From the NCBI GenBank assembly GCA_947448205.1, contig CANFNL010000001.1, positions 217 through 64,216 of the forward strand: DNA of 64,000 nucleotides. Direction: 5' to 3'. Positions 20,696-31,887 of this stretch are shown piece by piece. The notes beneath the pieces are model-generated. The model was given only the letters and a program-made list of their open reading frames with translations. It was not told where the DNA came from and did no database searches. The number at the start of each line of letters is the position of its first letter. The first letter of the stretch is position 1. A program made the translations under genes and the position numbers. Origin of the DNA: Bacteriovoracaceae bacterium. Its GTDB lineage: Bacteria > Bdellovibrionota > Bacteriovoracia > Bacteriovoracales > Bacteriovoracaceae.

Positions 20696-22761
20696 AGTTG
20701 TTCTAATAGATAATCACTTTGCGAACAAAATGTTTTTAAGTATTGTGTTGAACCATCTGTATAATCTAGCTTAATGTTTATTTGACCTTCTAAATCACCC
20801 ACAACAAATATCTTTTCGGCTAATTCGAAATTTTCTTTTGAAAAGCTCCCTTCTCTATCTAGAAAGCTTGTTTCTATGTACATTTCACCACTTCTATTTT
20901 TTCCATTTGCTCGAATTTCTTTTAAATCTTTTGTTAAATTTAATTGAATAATACATCTATCTTTAATTGAACTTATATCATTCATTTCCATTACTTTTGC
21001 AATAAAGTCATCTCCTGGAATTTCAATTTCTTTTTCATCCCAGCTGCCCACAAAAATATTTTTGGAAAGATGTTTAAATTCTAAATATTTCCTCATTCCA
21101 CTAACCATTATTGGTGCTTTTACTTCATAGCTATTTAATGTTTTTTTCTTAGCAATAGTTTTAGTATTAAAAAAACTAATTTGATCACCCGGAATTACTA
21201 GTTCTTTTCTTTTTTGTCCCATCAGATTTCTGGTTGTCAGTGAGTAGACATCTCGTTGCCCTGAAATAAAAACTGGGTCTTCAAAATACATTTCGCCATC
21301 ACCGACATAAATTATTTTTTGAGCATTTTCTTTATTTGATAAGTGGTAACGCAGAAGTATGTTTCCACTTTGAACTCCCGCATACATTACAAAGCTTGCA
21401 CCCTTAATATCTGCCAACAATTTAAACGATTTATTAAAGTAAAATCTTTGATCATATTTGCTATCGATTTCGGTATCGATTATTTCAGAGTTTAATCCTA
21501 TCAAAATTAGATTTCCTTCCGCAGAAATATCTCTTTTCTGTAAAAAACGCTGAATAGAATCTTCATTTACTAAGGGGACCTCAATGCCTTGGACGGCATT
21601 CATATTTAATTCAACTCTCGTAGGTATCGCTCCTCTCGCTTGAATAATACCCGTTTGAATATTCATTGTCCCACTTAGATTATTAGAGATTTTAATCTTA
21701 CCACTTGACTGATCATCTGTTCTTTCTGCTCTGTCGTAATCAGGTGAATATTCAAATGAATAGACTTGCTTTTGTTTTTGACTATCCAAAAAGATTTCCT
21801 TTGCCGTTATGGTAAAACTTGTTTCTTTGGTATCCATCTGATTATTAAATGCACTCGCAACAGATACTTCTATGCTTTCATTTTTTGAAGTTTTTTTATC
21901 TAATGAATAGTCATAAATTATATTTTCTTCTTCTGCGATTAAACTATTTGCTTCTTCAATTCTTGACTGAGTATTCACTCTTGAGATTGTTTTTATTTCT
22001 GCTTTTTTAGGCACCTCTCCCATCTCTCTACTAATGGCATTTTTAACTACACTGGAGAGCGGTCTTTCATATAGCTTTTGATTAATATCTTGTTTTCCTT
22101 TTGAGTAATCAAACATTATCATTTCTTCTTCAGGGTTACTTTCTGGCTCTAATGATTTTTTATTTTCATCTCTCACCACCGCCGGTTGAGTTGTATTTAC
22201 TTCATCTGCCTGAATAATTTCTTCATTGGCGACATCTGGACTTGCCTGACTTACCACAATTTCATCTGAAATATCTTTTTCACCATTATAATATTGATGA
22301 GATTCTGCAATTGCTTCAAACTTTGAGTATTCATTAAATTTCAAATCATTATTTAAACTAAACAAAGTAATTAATTCTTTATTATTTATTTCATATTGAC
22401 TTAAGTCTTCTGAAGTATTGCTATGAACTTTTTCTGCATTAGCTATATTCTCTGCTCTGTTTAGTTTTTCACCTAAGTGTACTTTAGTATTAAGTGCCAA
22501 TTTTGTAAGACGATTCTTACTTTTGATTTCATGTTCAACTAACTTAATGATTTGATCGTTAAGTTCATCTGATTTATTTTCATCCGCTATTTCTTTACTT
22601 TTTCTTGAGATCTCTTGAACATTTTCAATAAAATTTGTAAAACCAGAATAATTAATTGTTTTCGGCTCAACTCTCGTTTGCGTATACGAATAGAGCTGAG
22701 ACAGCAGAATTGCTGAAAAAAATAAACTTGAAATTGTGACGAATGTCTTTTTTGTGATCAT
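20692..22761 (-). CDS. large hypothetical protein with N-terminal membrane anchor and acidic linker
   Basis: 689-aa ORF; N-terminal hydrophobic helix; no motif recognised. Confidence 0.75.
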   Translation of the reverse strand: MITKKTFVTISSLFFSAILLSQLYSYTQTRVEPKTINYSGFTNFIENVQEISRKSKEIADENKSDELNDQIIKLVEHEIKSKNRLTKLALNTKVHLGEKLNRAENIANAEKVHSNTSEDLSQYEINNKELITLFSLNNDLKFNEYSKFEAIAESHQYYNGEKDISDEIVVSQASPDVANEEIIQADEVNTTQPAVVRDENKKSLEPESNPEEEMIMFDYSKGKQDINQKLYERPLSSVVKNAISREMGEVPKKAEIKTISRVNTQSRIEEANSLIAEEENIIYDYSLDKKTSKNESIEVSVASAFNNQMDTKETSFTITAKEIFLDSQKQKQVYSFEYSPDYDRAERTDDQSSGKIKISNNLSGTMNIQTGIIQARGAIPTRVELNMNAVQGIEVPLVNEDSIQRFLQKRDISAEGNLILIGLNSEIIDTEIDSKYDQRFYFNKSFKLLADIKGASFVMYAGVQSGNILLRYHLSNKENAQKIIYVGDGEMYFEDPVFISGQRDVYSLTTRNLMGQKRKELVIPGDQISFFNTKTIAKKKTLNSYEVKAPIMVSGMRKYLEFKHLSKNIFVGSWDEKEIEIPGDDFIAKVMEMNDISSIKDRCIIQLNLTKDLKEIRANGKNRSGEMYIETSFLDREGSFSKENFELAEKIFVVGDLEGQINIKLDYTDGSTQYLKTFCSQSDYLLEQL

Positions 22762-22823
22762 AGCTATGTTAAAACTTTAACAAAGCTAGTAAGGGGATCA
22801 AGTAAGAGATAAATTTGCCTAGT

Positions 22824-22858
22824 AAAAAGCGAGTACTCACTCAAAAGAATGAGTACTC
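22824..22858 (-). terminator. intrinsic terminator of the atp F1 operon
   Basis: Minus strand GAGTACTCATTC-TTTT-GAGTGAGTACTC followed by GCTTTTT, 12 nt after the atpC stop. Confidence 0.7.
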
Positions 22859-22870
22859 AGATTGTTTTTT

Positions 22871-23296
22871 TTAGCGCGGACGAAGGAACTCACCAACCTG
22901 AATGCGAATTTTCGCTCTTTCGGCTTTGTTTTGGCAGTGTTCAATCTCTTCAAACGATAGACCGTCTGTATTTCTAAGATGCTCTTCTGCATTCTTAAGT
23001 GATAATTTTGCACGCTCAACATCTACATCAGTACTTTCTTCTGCTGTGTTGGCTAAAATTACAATTTTATCTTCAAGTATTTTGCAAACGCCCTCTGAAA
23101 GAACAAAATTTCTATCAGCGTAATCAGCTCCTCCGAAAATACTTAGTACTCCCGTTGAAAGCTTAGTTACCATGTGCGTATGGTTTTCAAGTACATTGAT
23201 TTGCCCGCGAGTCGTTGGTATTAACAACGACTCAGCATTAACCCCCTTCGCGACAATTTTCGAAGGAGTTAGGACATCAACACTGTAATATTTCAT
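22871..23296 (-). CDS. atpC: ATP synthase F1 epsilon subunit
   Basis: VLTPS, GQINVLENH, position after atpD. Confidence 0.93.
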   Translation of the reverse strand: MKYYSVDVLTPSKIVAKGVNAESLLIPTTRGQINVLENHTHMVTKLSTGVLSIFGGADYADRNFVLSEGVCKILEDKIVILANTAEESTDVDVERAKLSLKNAEEHLRNTDGLSFEEIEHCQNKAERAKIRIQVGEFLRPR

Positions 23297-23312
23297 ATGC
23301 TTTGTTTCCTAA

Positions 23313-25621
<2,309 letters not shown>

Positions 25622-25659
25622 TATTAATTCCTAATTCTATTTCTAGCTTTTAGTCAGTC

Positions 25660-27168
25660 TTAATATTTTTTTGTTGCCAAGAATCCCTTAACTGCTTCAA
25701 GAATTTTTGCTTCATTTGCACCCGAAATTTCTTTAGCATTTTTAATTTCTGCCATCATTTCGCCATGTCTTGTGTGAAAAAACTCAAGTACATCTTTTTC
25801 AGCTATTCTAATTTTTGCCGTTGGAACAATGTCGAAATAACCTTTTGTTGCTACTAAGATTGCGACTGCTTGGTCAATTACATCAGCAGGAGCGTATTGA
25901 TCTTGTTTTAAAAGTTCAACTAATCTCTCCCCTCTGTTTAATTGTCTTTTTGTTGCTTCATCTAAGTCAGAACCAAACGCTGCAAAAGCGGCAAGCTCTC
26001 TGTATTGAGCCAGATCCAAACGAAGTGTACCAGCAACTTTTTTCATTGCCTTAATTTGAGCAGATCCACCAACTCTTGATACCGACAGACCTACGTTCAC
26101 GGCTGGACGGATACCTGAGTTAAACAGATCAGACTCTAAAAAGATCTGACCATCAGTAATAGAAATTACGTTTGTTGGAATGTATGCAGAAACGTCACCT
26201 TCTTGAGTTTCAATAATTGGAAGTGCGGTTAAAGATCCTGCTCCAAGAACATCAGAAACTTTACAAGCACGCTCTAAAAGTCTTGAGTGAAGGAAGAAAA
26301 CGTCCCCAGGGAAGGCTTCACGTCCCGGTGGACGACGAAGAAGTAAAGACATTTGTCTATAAGCTTGAGCTTGTTTAGTTAAGTCATCATAGATAATTAA
26401 AGCGTGACGCTTAGAATCTCTATAGTATTCTCCCATGGTGCATCCTGTATATGGAGCAAGGAATTGCATTGGTGCTGATGCTGACGCAGTTGCCGATACG
26501 ATGATTGTATATTCTAGCGAACCAGCATCTTTAAGTTTTTGTTGCACTTGTCTTACTGTAGATTGTTTTTGTCCAATAGCTACGTAAACACAAATAACAC
26601 CTTTTCCTTTTTGATTGATGATTGTGTCGATAGCGATTGCTGTTTTACCTGTTTTTCTATCTCCAATAATTAGCTCTCTTTGTCCACGCCCGATTGGAAT
26701 CATTGAGTCGATTGCTTTTAATCCTGTTTGCAGTGGTTCATGTACTGATTTACGAGCAATAATCCCAGGAGCTTTTAGTTCTACAACTCTTGTCTCATTT
26801 GATTTAATTTCCCCCATACCATCTATGGGTTCACCTATTGCATTTACAACTCTTCCCAGAAGAGCATCACCAACTGGAACCGATACGATTTTTTCAGTTC
26901 TTTTAACAGAAGTTCCCTCTTTAATTGATGGATCTTCTCCAAGAATGGCAACCCCAACGTTATTTGTCTCTAAGTTTAAAACCATTCCCGTTGTACCCGA
27001 AGCAAACTCCACTAGCTCTCCGGCCATAACATTCTTCAACCCGAAAACGCGAGCAATCCCGTCTCCTACAGTTAAAACAGTTCCTACTTCGTCAACTTGT
27101 AATCTTGTTTGAAAATTAGAGATTCTTTCTTTGATAATACTTGTAATCTCTTCTGGATTCATTGCCAT
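25660..27168 (-). CDS. atpA: ATP synthase F1 alpha subunit
   Basis: [20 protein letters not shown]. Confidence 0.99.
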   Translation of the reverse strand: MAMNPEEITSIIKERISNFQTRLQVDEVGTVLTVGDGIARVFGLKNVMAGELVEFASGTTGMVLNLETNNVGVAILGEDPSIKEGTSVKRTEKIVSVPVGDALLGRVVNAIGEPIDGMGEIKSNETRVVELKAPGIIARKSVHEPLQTGLKAIDSMIPIGRGQRELIIGDRKTGKTAIAIDTIINQKGKGVICVYVAIGQKQSTVRQVQQKLKDAGSLEYTIIVSATASASAPMQFLAPYTGCTMGEYYRDSKRHALIIYDDLTKQAQAYRQMSLLLRRPPGREAFPGDVFFLHSRLLERACKVSDVLGAGSLTALPIIETQEGDVSAYIPTNVISITDGQIFLESDLFNSGIRPAVNVGLSVSRVGGSAQIKAMKKVAGTLRLDLAQYRELAAFAAFGSDLDEATKRQLNRGERLVELLKQDQYAPADVIDQAVAILVATKGYFDIVPTAKIRIAEKDVLEFFHTRHGEMMAEIKNAKEISGANEAKILEAVKGFLATKKY

Positions 27169-27195
27169 TTTTTACCTCAACGTTCTAAGCGTGTA

Positions 27196-27735
27196 TTACG
27201 AATTTAAAACACTTTCTTTAAATTTTTCTAATTGATTTTCTATTGATGCGTCTAGTTGCAAGTCTTCAACTGTAACTTTATAACCAGCAGATACATTTTC
27301 ACTTTTTGTATATTCAAGAATTGCTTCTTTTCCTAATTTTTGAAAAAGATAGGCTTTTAATTTTTCTCTGACCTCAGCAGGAATTGATTCTTCACTGCCT
27401 TCAATACTTCCACGCAAAAATCCTTTTCTATGATCGTCAACTACAATAACATTTTTATAAACCATAGGCATTAATCCAATTCTTTTTTCTTGAATTAAAA
27501 AATGCATAAAGTTTTTTGTGATCTGTGAAAGATTAAGTTTAGCCATTACAACGTCTAGTACATTTAATTTTTCTTCTACGGTAAAAACCTCTAAAAAAAG
27601 CAATGTCTCAAGCTCGTTACTTTTGTTTATTGTCTCATTTAATTTAGTTAACTCTGAAGCGAGATCGAGTCTTAATTCGTCTGCTAGTTCAACTAACGAT
27701 TGGGCATATGCCTTAGCGATGATTTGTTCTTTCAT
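27196..27735 (-). CDS. atpH: ATP synthase F1 delta subunit
   Basis: IAKAYAQSL N-terminus, LDASIENQL C-terminus, operon position. Confidence 0.9.
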   Translation of the reverse strand: MKEQIIAKAYAQSLVELADELRLDLASELTKLNETINKSNELETLLFLEVFTVEEKLNVLDVVMAKLNLSQITKNFMHFLIQEKRIGLMPMVYKNVIVVDDHRKGFLRGSIEGSEESIPAEVREKLKAYLFQKLGKEAILEYTKSENVSAGYKVTVEDLQLDASIENQLEKFKESVLNS

Positions 27736-27742
27736 TTTAATC

Positions 27743-28291
27743 CTATCTTAGTTCAGATACAATTTTTTGAGTTGCTTTTGACTGCAAATCTTTACTATTT
27801 TTAATTGTTGTTTCTGTACTTGAAACTACTTTTGTTAAAAGATCGTGATTTAATATATCAATAAGTTCTTTGGTTTCCCCATCGAGTTTATTTTCCAAAT
27901 CCCTCTTCATGCGAGTTATCGTTGTTTGTGTTTCCTCTTTTTGGTTTTTTGCAAATTGAGTTACCTCTGATTGATAATCTGTAGTAATTTTTACTATCTC
28001 AGAATCAAGATTTTTAATTTTTGCTTGAAAGGTATTTAATCTATTGTGAGCATCTTTATCGTTTTTAGCCGCGGACTCCATTAGTGATTTTACGTCGTCA
28101 GATTGTTTATTAAATTTTTCTCTCAATGGTTTAATAACCTTTGAAAGCACAGCAAGCATTATTACAAAATTTATAAATGGATACTTCAGATCCATTATGC
28201 TTGCCTCGTGATGAACATGTGCTTGCTCATTTGCTACGGCAATTGAAATAAGTGATGTGAACAAAAATGAATAATAGATTATCGATTTCAC
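27743..28291 (-). CDS. atpF: ATP synthase Fo subunit b
   Basis: INFVIML TM segment then coiled coil; operon position; GTG start. Confidence 0.85.
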   Translation of the reverse strand: MKSIIYYSFLFTSLISIAVANEQAHVHHEASIMDLKYPFINFVIMLAVLSKVIKPLREKFNKQSDDVKSLMESAAKNDKDAHNRLNTFQAKIKNLDSEIVKITTDYQSEVTQFAKNQKEETQTTITRMKRDLENKLDGETKELIDILNHDLLTKVVSSTETTIKNSKDLQSKATQKIVSELR

Positions 28292-28300
28292 TATAATTCC

Positions 28301-28744
28301 TTATTTAGTAAGTTTTTCTACTAGGTTGCTTGCAAGCTTATCAGCTTCGGTCATTACCGTTACTCGTTTATCTGTCATATCTTTTAGTATTTTAGATTTT
28401 CTATCTTCGTATTCAGAACTTATTTTTTCTTCTTCAGCCTTAATCAATTCTTTTTCTTTACTTAATATTTCTGATTTTCTCTTATGGTTTTCATTTTGAG
28501 AATCTTGATGTGTTTTTTCTATTTTAGCTTTGTATTGTTCGGCTAAATCTTCCGCCTGCTTGTACACAGCATGAGCGTTGTTTTCTAATTTAGTCGTCTT
28601 TCCTTCTCTTATTTCTAATATTTCTTGAATTCTTTTAAAAAAAAGTGGCGCTAATAAATTAAAAAACAACAGGAGTAGTCCAAATTGAATGAGTACTGTT
28701 TTGTCGATCAGAAGAGCTTCTATTATTGGCTTTATCATATCCAT
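28301..28744 (-). CDS. ATP synthase Fo subunit b'
   Basis: DKTVLIQF...PLFFKRIQEILEIRE TM plus coiled coil, upstream of atpF. Confidence 0.85.
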   Translation of the reverse strand: MDMIKPIIEALLIDKTVLIQFGLLLLFFNLLAPLFFKRIQEILEIREGKTTKLENNAHAVYKQAEDLAEQYKAKIEKTHQDSQNENHKRKSEILSKEKELIKAEEEKISSEYEDRKSKILKDMTDKRVTVMTEADKLASNLVEKLTK

Positions 28745-28903
28745 AGTTTTTTAAAACTCCGATTTATCTGTCAAAACGATGATCTTTCCTTAAGCGAAAG
28801 CTCGTTCAAATATTTTTTGAAATTGTAAAATTTTTTTCACTTATGAATAATGTTTTAAGTGTTTATCGTCAAGAAATTTTAAGGTATTTGTATTCTAACG
28901 CAT

Positions 28904-29254
28904 TTATGTTTTAGTGTTTTTCTTATCACGCATTTTTGTCGTTCCATGGAAAATAACGCCTTCTTCAACAATTAAACTAGGCGTTGTAATGATTCCTTCA
29001 AATCTTGCCGGTTTTAGTATTTCGACGCGTGAGCTTGCTTTTATATTTCCTTTTACAGAACCTGCGATGATAATAATATTAGCATTAATGTCAGCGTTTA
29101 TGATTGCCCCTTCAGAAATCACTACTGTGTCATTAGAAAATACACTTCCATTAACAATACCTGCTATTCTGGCAGTACCATTAAAAGACAAATTTCCTTC
29201 GAACTTACAACCTTCTTCTATGATGGCTGAAATTTCACCGCGGCTTCTTTCCAT
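28904..29254 (-). CDS. bactofilin (polymer-forming cytoskeletal protein)
   Basis: IIEEGCKFEGNL...GSVKGNI...LIVEEGVIFHG beta-helix repeats. Confidence 0.93.
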   Translation of the reverse strand: MERSRGEISAIIEEGCKFEGNLSFNGTARIAGIVNGSVFSNDTVVISEGAIINADINANIIIIAGSVKGNIKASSRVEILKPARFEGIITTPSLIVEEGVIFHGTTKMRDKKNTKT

Positions 29255-29273
29255 AAATTCATCCTTAAATCAA

Positions 29274-29295
29274 AAGTGGTCCTATGGGACCACTT
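29274..29295. repeat. palindrome AAGTGGTCCTATGGGACCACTT; sixth copy of the mnmE 16-mer and/or parB terminator
   Basis: 9-bp perfect arms; core TGGTCCTATGGGACCA (29277-29292) is 15/16 identical to TGGTCCTATAGGACCA; on the minus strand it runs into a short T tract. Confidence 0.75.
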
Positions 29296-29335
29296 AAATC
29301 TAACATTATTTCTATAAACTAACTTTACACTAAAA

Positions 29336-30265
29336 TTACTTTGATAATAAAAATTCATAAATATCGTTAAATTCTGCCTCATTGCTAAATTTAAGTACAA
29401 TTTGTCCTGAACCATTTTTTCCAGAATTTATTCCATAGTGAAATCCAGTTTTTTGTTCTAGTGACTTTCTGAATTGATCAAGTTTTTCATCAAAGAATGG
29501 ATTTTTCCTTGTCACTTTTTCCTTCAGAGGCTTTTTCGCCTTAATACCACTTTCCAACTCACGAACTGACCAACTATTAGCTACAGTTAAATTAGCGAGT
29601 CTAATAGCTTCTTCGCGCTCTTTTACGGCGGCTAATATTTTAGCGTGACCAAATGAAAGTGCTTCTTTTTGAAGTAGATCAATTACTGGGCGAGGCAGAT
29701 TAAGAATTCTTAAAAAATTTGCCACTGTAGATCTTTCTTTTCCGAGTTTTTTAGCAACATCTTCTTGAGTTAGCTTATACTCATTCATCAATTGATAATA
29801 AGCCAAAGCTTCTTCTACACAATTTAAATCAGAACGTTGAACGTTTTCAATTATTGACATGATCATCTTTTCACGATCAGTAGCATTTTTCACCACGACA
29901 GGTACTTGTTCAAGTCCAGCTTTTTTTGCTGCCCTTAAGCGTCTTTCACCTGCGACAAGTTCAAATTGTCCGTTTTCAATTTTAGCAACAATTAATGGCT
30001 GAATGATTCCATTTTCTTTTATTGATTCTGCTAATTCCTCTAAATCTTTTTCTTTAAAAATTTTCCTTGGCTGATTAGGATTTGTTTTTATTGATCCTAC
30101 GTCTACCATTAGGGGTGAATTCTCTATTCTAACTTCAACTTCTCTTACAGATGATTCTTCTTCTGTCGAAAAATGATTATTGTATGTTTGATTAACAACT
30201 GACTGAGGAGTCGACTCTTGAAGTAATGAAGCGATTCCTTTTCCTAGTGCAATTTTTTTAGCCAT
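29336..30265 (-). CDS. parB: chromosome partitioning protein ParB
   Basis: ALGKG N-terminus, NPNQPRK, GERRLRA CTPase motif, ENVQRSDL, HTH. Confidence 0.97.
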   Translation of the reverse strand: MAKKIALGKGIASLLQESTPQSVVNQTYNNHFSTEEESSVREVEVRIENSPLMVDVGSIKTNPNQPRKIFKEKDLEELAESIKENGIIQPLIVAKIENGQFELVAGERRLRAAKKAGLEQVPVVVKNATDREKMIMSIIENVQRSDLNCVEEALAYYQLMNEYKLTQEDVAKKLGKERSTVANFLRILNLPRPVIDLLQKEALSFGHAKILAAVKEREEAIRLANLTVANSWSVRELESGIKAKKPLKEKVTRKNPFFDEKLDQFRKSLEQKTGFHYGINSGKNGSGQIVLKFSNEAEFNDIYEFLLSK

Positions 30266-30295
30266 GACAACTCCGCAAGCTTAATGCTCGAATTA

Positions 30296-31198
30296 TTAGT
30301 TTCCATCAAAGTTAATATTTTCTAGCGATGGAATAATATCCATAATTAGTTCCTCTGGAACTTTTTCCTCGGCGAGTGCATCTGGTATTGCTGGCGCTCC
30401 CAATGACCCATTTTGCTTACTACTTCCTTTAAATCTTTCTTTAAGAATAAGTTCCTTAGCTAAAGCTAAATACGCTTCACTGCCCTTGGATTCAATATCG
30501 TAAAGAATAATTGGTTTTCCAAACGAAGGACATTCAGCAAGCTTCACATTTCTTGGAATAATAGTACTAAAAACTAAATCACCAAAATGATTTTTAATTT
30601 CATTGGCTACTTGCTTATGTAATCCCGAGCGAGAATCAAACATTGTTAATAAAATTCCATCTAATTCCAAATCTGGATTAAGTGATGACTTTATTAATTT
30701 TACCGTATTTAAAAGCTGAGCAAGCCCTTCCATCGCAAGATATTCTGTCTGCATTGGTACGATATATGAGTTGGCTGCATTTAGTGCATTTACAGTCAAG
30801 AGTCCCAACGATGGAGGACAATCAATGATGATATAATCATATTCTTTTTCTACTGACTTAAAGGCGGCTTTTAATTTTGATTCGCGAGCAAACAAACTCA
30901 CTAACTCTAACTCTGCTCCGACTAAATTATTATCAGAGGGACAAATGTCAAAACATGGTAACTCTGAATGGTAAATCGCCTCTTTAAGAGTAATTTGACC
31001 TATAAGTGCATGATATATATTTTTTTGAGCAAAAGTTTCTTTTGATAATCCAATACTAATACTTCCATTGCCTTGAGGATCAAGGTCTATTAGTAGAGTT
31101 TTTTTCTCGGCTACCGATAGACACGCCGCCAAATTTACTGACGAAGTCGTCTTTCCCACTCCACCTTTTTGGTTCATCATTGCTATAATTTTAGCCAT
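30296..31198 (-). CDS. parA: chromosome partitioning ATPase ParA/Soj
   Basis: NQKGGVGKTT, DLDPQGN, DCPPSLG. Confidence 0.97.
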   Translation of the reverse strand: MAKIIAMMNQKGGVGKTTSSVNLAACLSVAEKKTLLIDLDPQGNGSISIGLSKETFAQKNIYHALIGQITLKEAIYHSELPCFDICPSDNNLVGAELELVSLFARESKLKAAFKSVEKEYDYIIIDCPPSLGLLTVNALNAANSYIVPMQTEYLAMEGLAQLLNTVKLIKSSLNPDLELDGILLTMFDSRSGLHKQVANEIKNHFGDLVFSTIIPRNVKLAECPSFGKPIILYDIESKGSEAYLALAKELILKERFKGSSKQNGSLGAPAIPDALAEEKVPEELIMDIIPSLENINFDGN

Positions 31199-31248
31199 TT
31201 ATGATTCCTTTTAATTGCATTTGTTGTGTTTTATACATTTTTTATCTT

Positions 31249-31887
31249 TTAAAGTAACTCAGAAAATTTAATAATTTTTTCTGTTTGCATTGTTCCACGT
31301 AGAACTTTCCTATTTTTAAAACCTAGTAAAACCCTCCCTTCAGTTCCAGGAACGTCATAAGACTTTTCCTCAATTAATTCCCAATTGCTCTCAATCATTT
31401 CTTCAATATCCTCTAGTTCATAAAAATTTGGCCCTTTATAGAAAAAAACAAATAACGTTTTATTTGAGCGAAGCAGTGGTAGATAATCTGAAACTTTTCC
31501 AACACCCTTAAAGGTAATCACAACGTCTTGATCAAAATCTATTGTTTCCAATCTTTGATGCTTTAAAAAAACATTAGTTAATCCAAGAGCTGCAGCAATT
31601 TTTTGAACCACTTGTGCTTTTTTAGCCCGCGCCTCAAATCCCATAAATGTTTTATCTGGATTAGTAAAAGCTAGAGGCAGAATAGGAAAACCTCCACCAA
31701 AACCGACATCAACCAATAACTTTGTCTGTTCTAAAGCATTTCTAAAAACTTTGCTTTCTTTCTGAGGTAAAACAGAATCAATAATTTGCTTTTGATAAAA
31801 TTCTTCCGGCGTTGTGATTCTTGTTAAATTAATACCAGCGAATTCACCAGTTAGAAGAGTTAAATATTTTTGGCTAAATTCTTTCAT
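31249..31887 (-). CDS. rsmG: 16S rRNA m7G527 methyltransferase RsmG (GidB), divergent
   Basis: INLTRI, DVGFGGGFPILPLA, YKG; located between mnmG and parA. Confidence 0.9.
   Translation of the reverse strand: MKEFSQKYLTLLTGEFAGINLTRITTPEEFYQKQIIDSVLPQKESKVFRNALEQTKLLVDVGFGGGFPILPLAFTNPDKTFMGFEARAKKAQVVQKIAAALGLTNVFLKHQRLETIDFDQDVVITFKGVGKVSDYLPLLRSNKTLFVFFYKGPNFYELEDIEEMIESNWELIEEKSYDVPGTEGRVLLGFKNRKVLRGTMQTEKIIKFSELL
31291..31306. promoter_or_regulatory. parS site (inside the rsmG 3' end)
   Basis: TGTTCCACGTAGAACT, 14/16 match to TGTTCCACGTGGAACA, about 90 bp upstream of parA. Confidence 0.8.

Noticed and set aside
26615-27112. 165-aa antisense ORF over atpA, and similar shadow ORFs over atpD, bactofilin, mnmG, dnaA, gyrA and mfd
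   Set aside because: Antisense or alternate-frame by-products of conserved genes, with no recognisable motifs.
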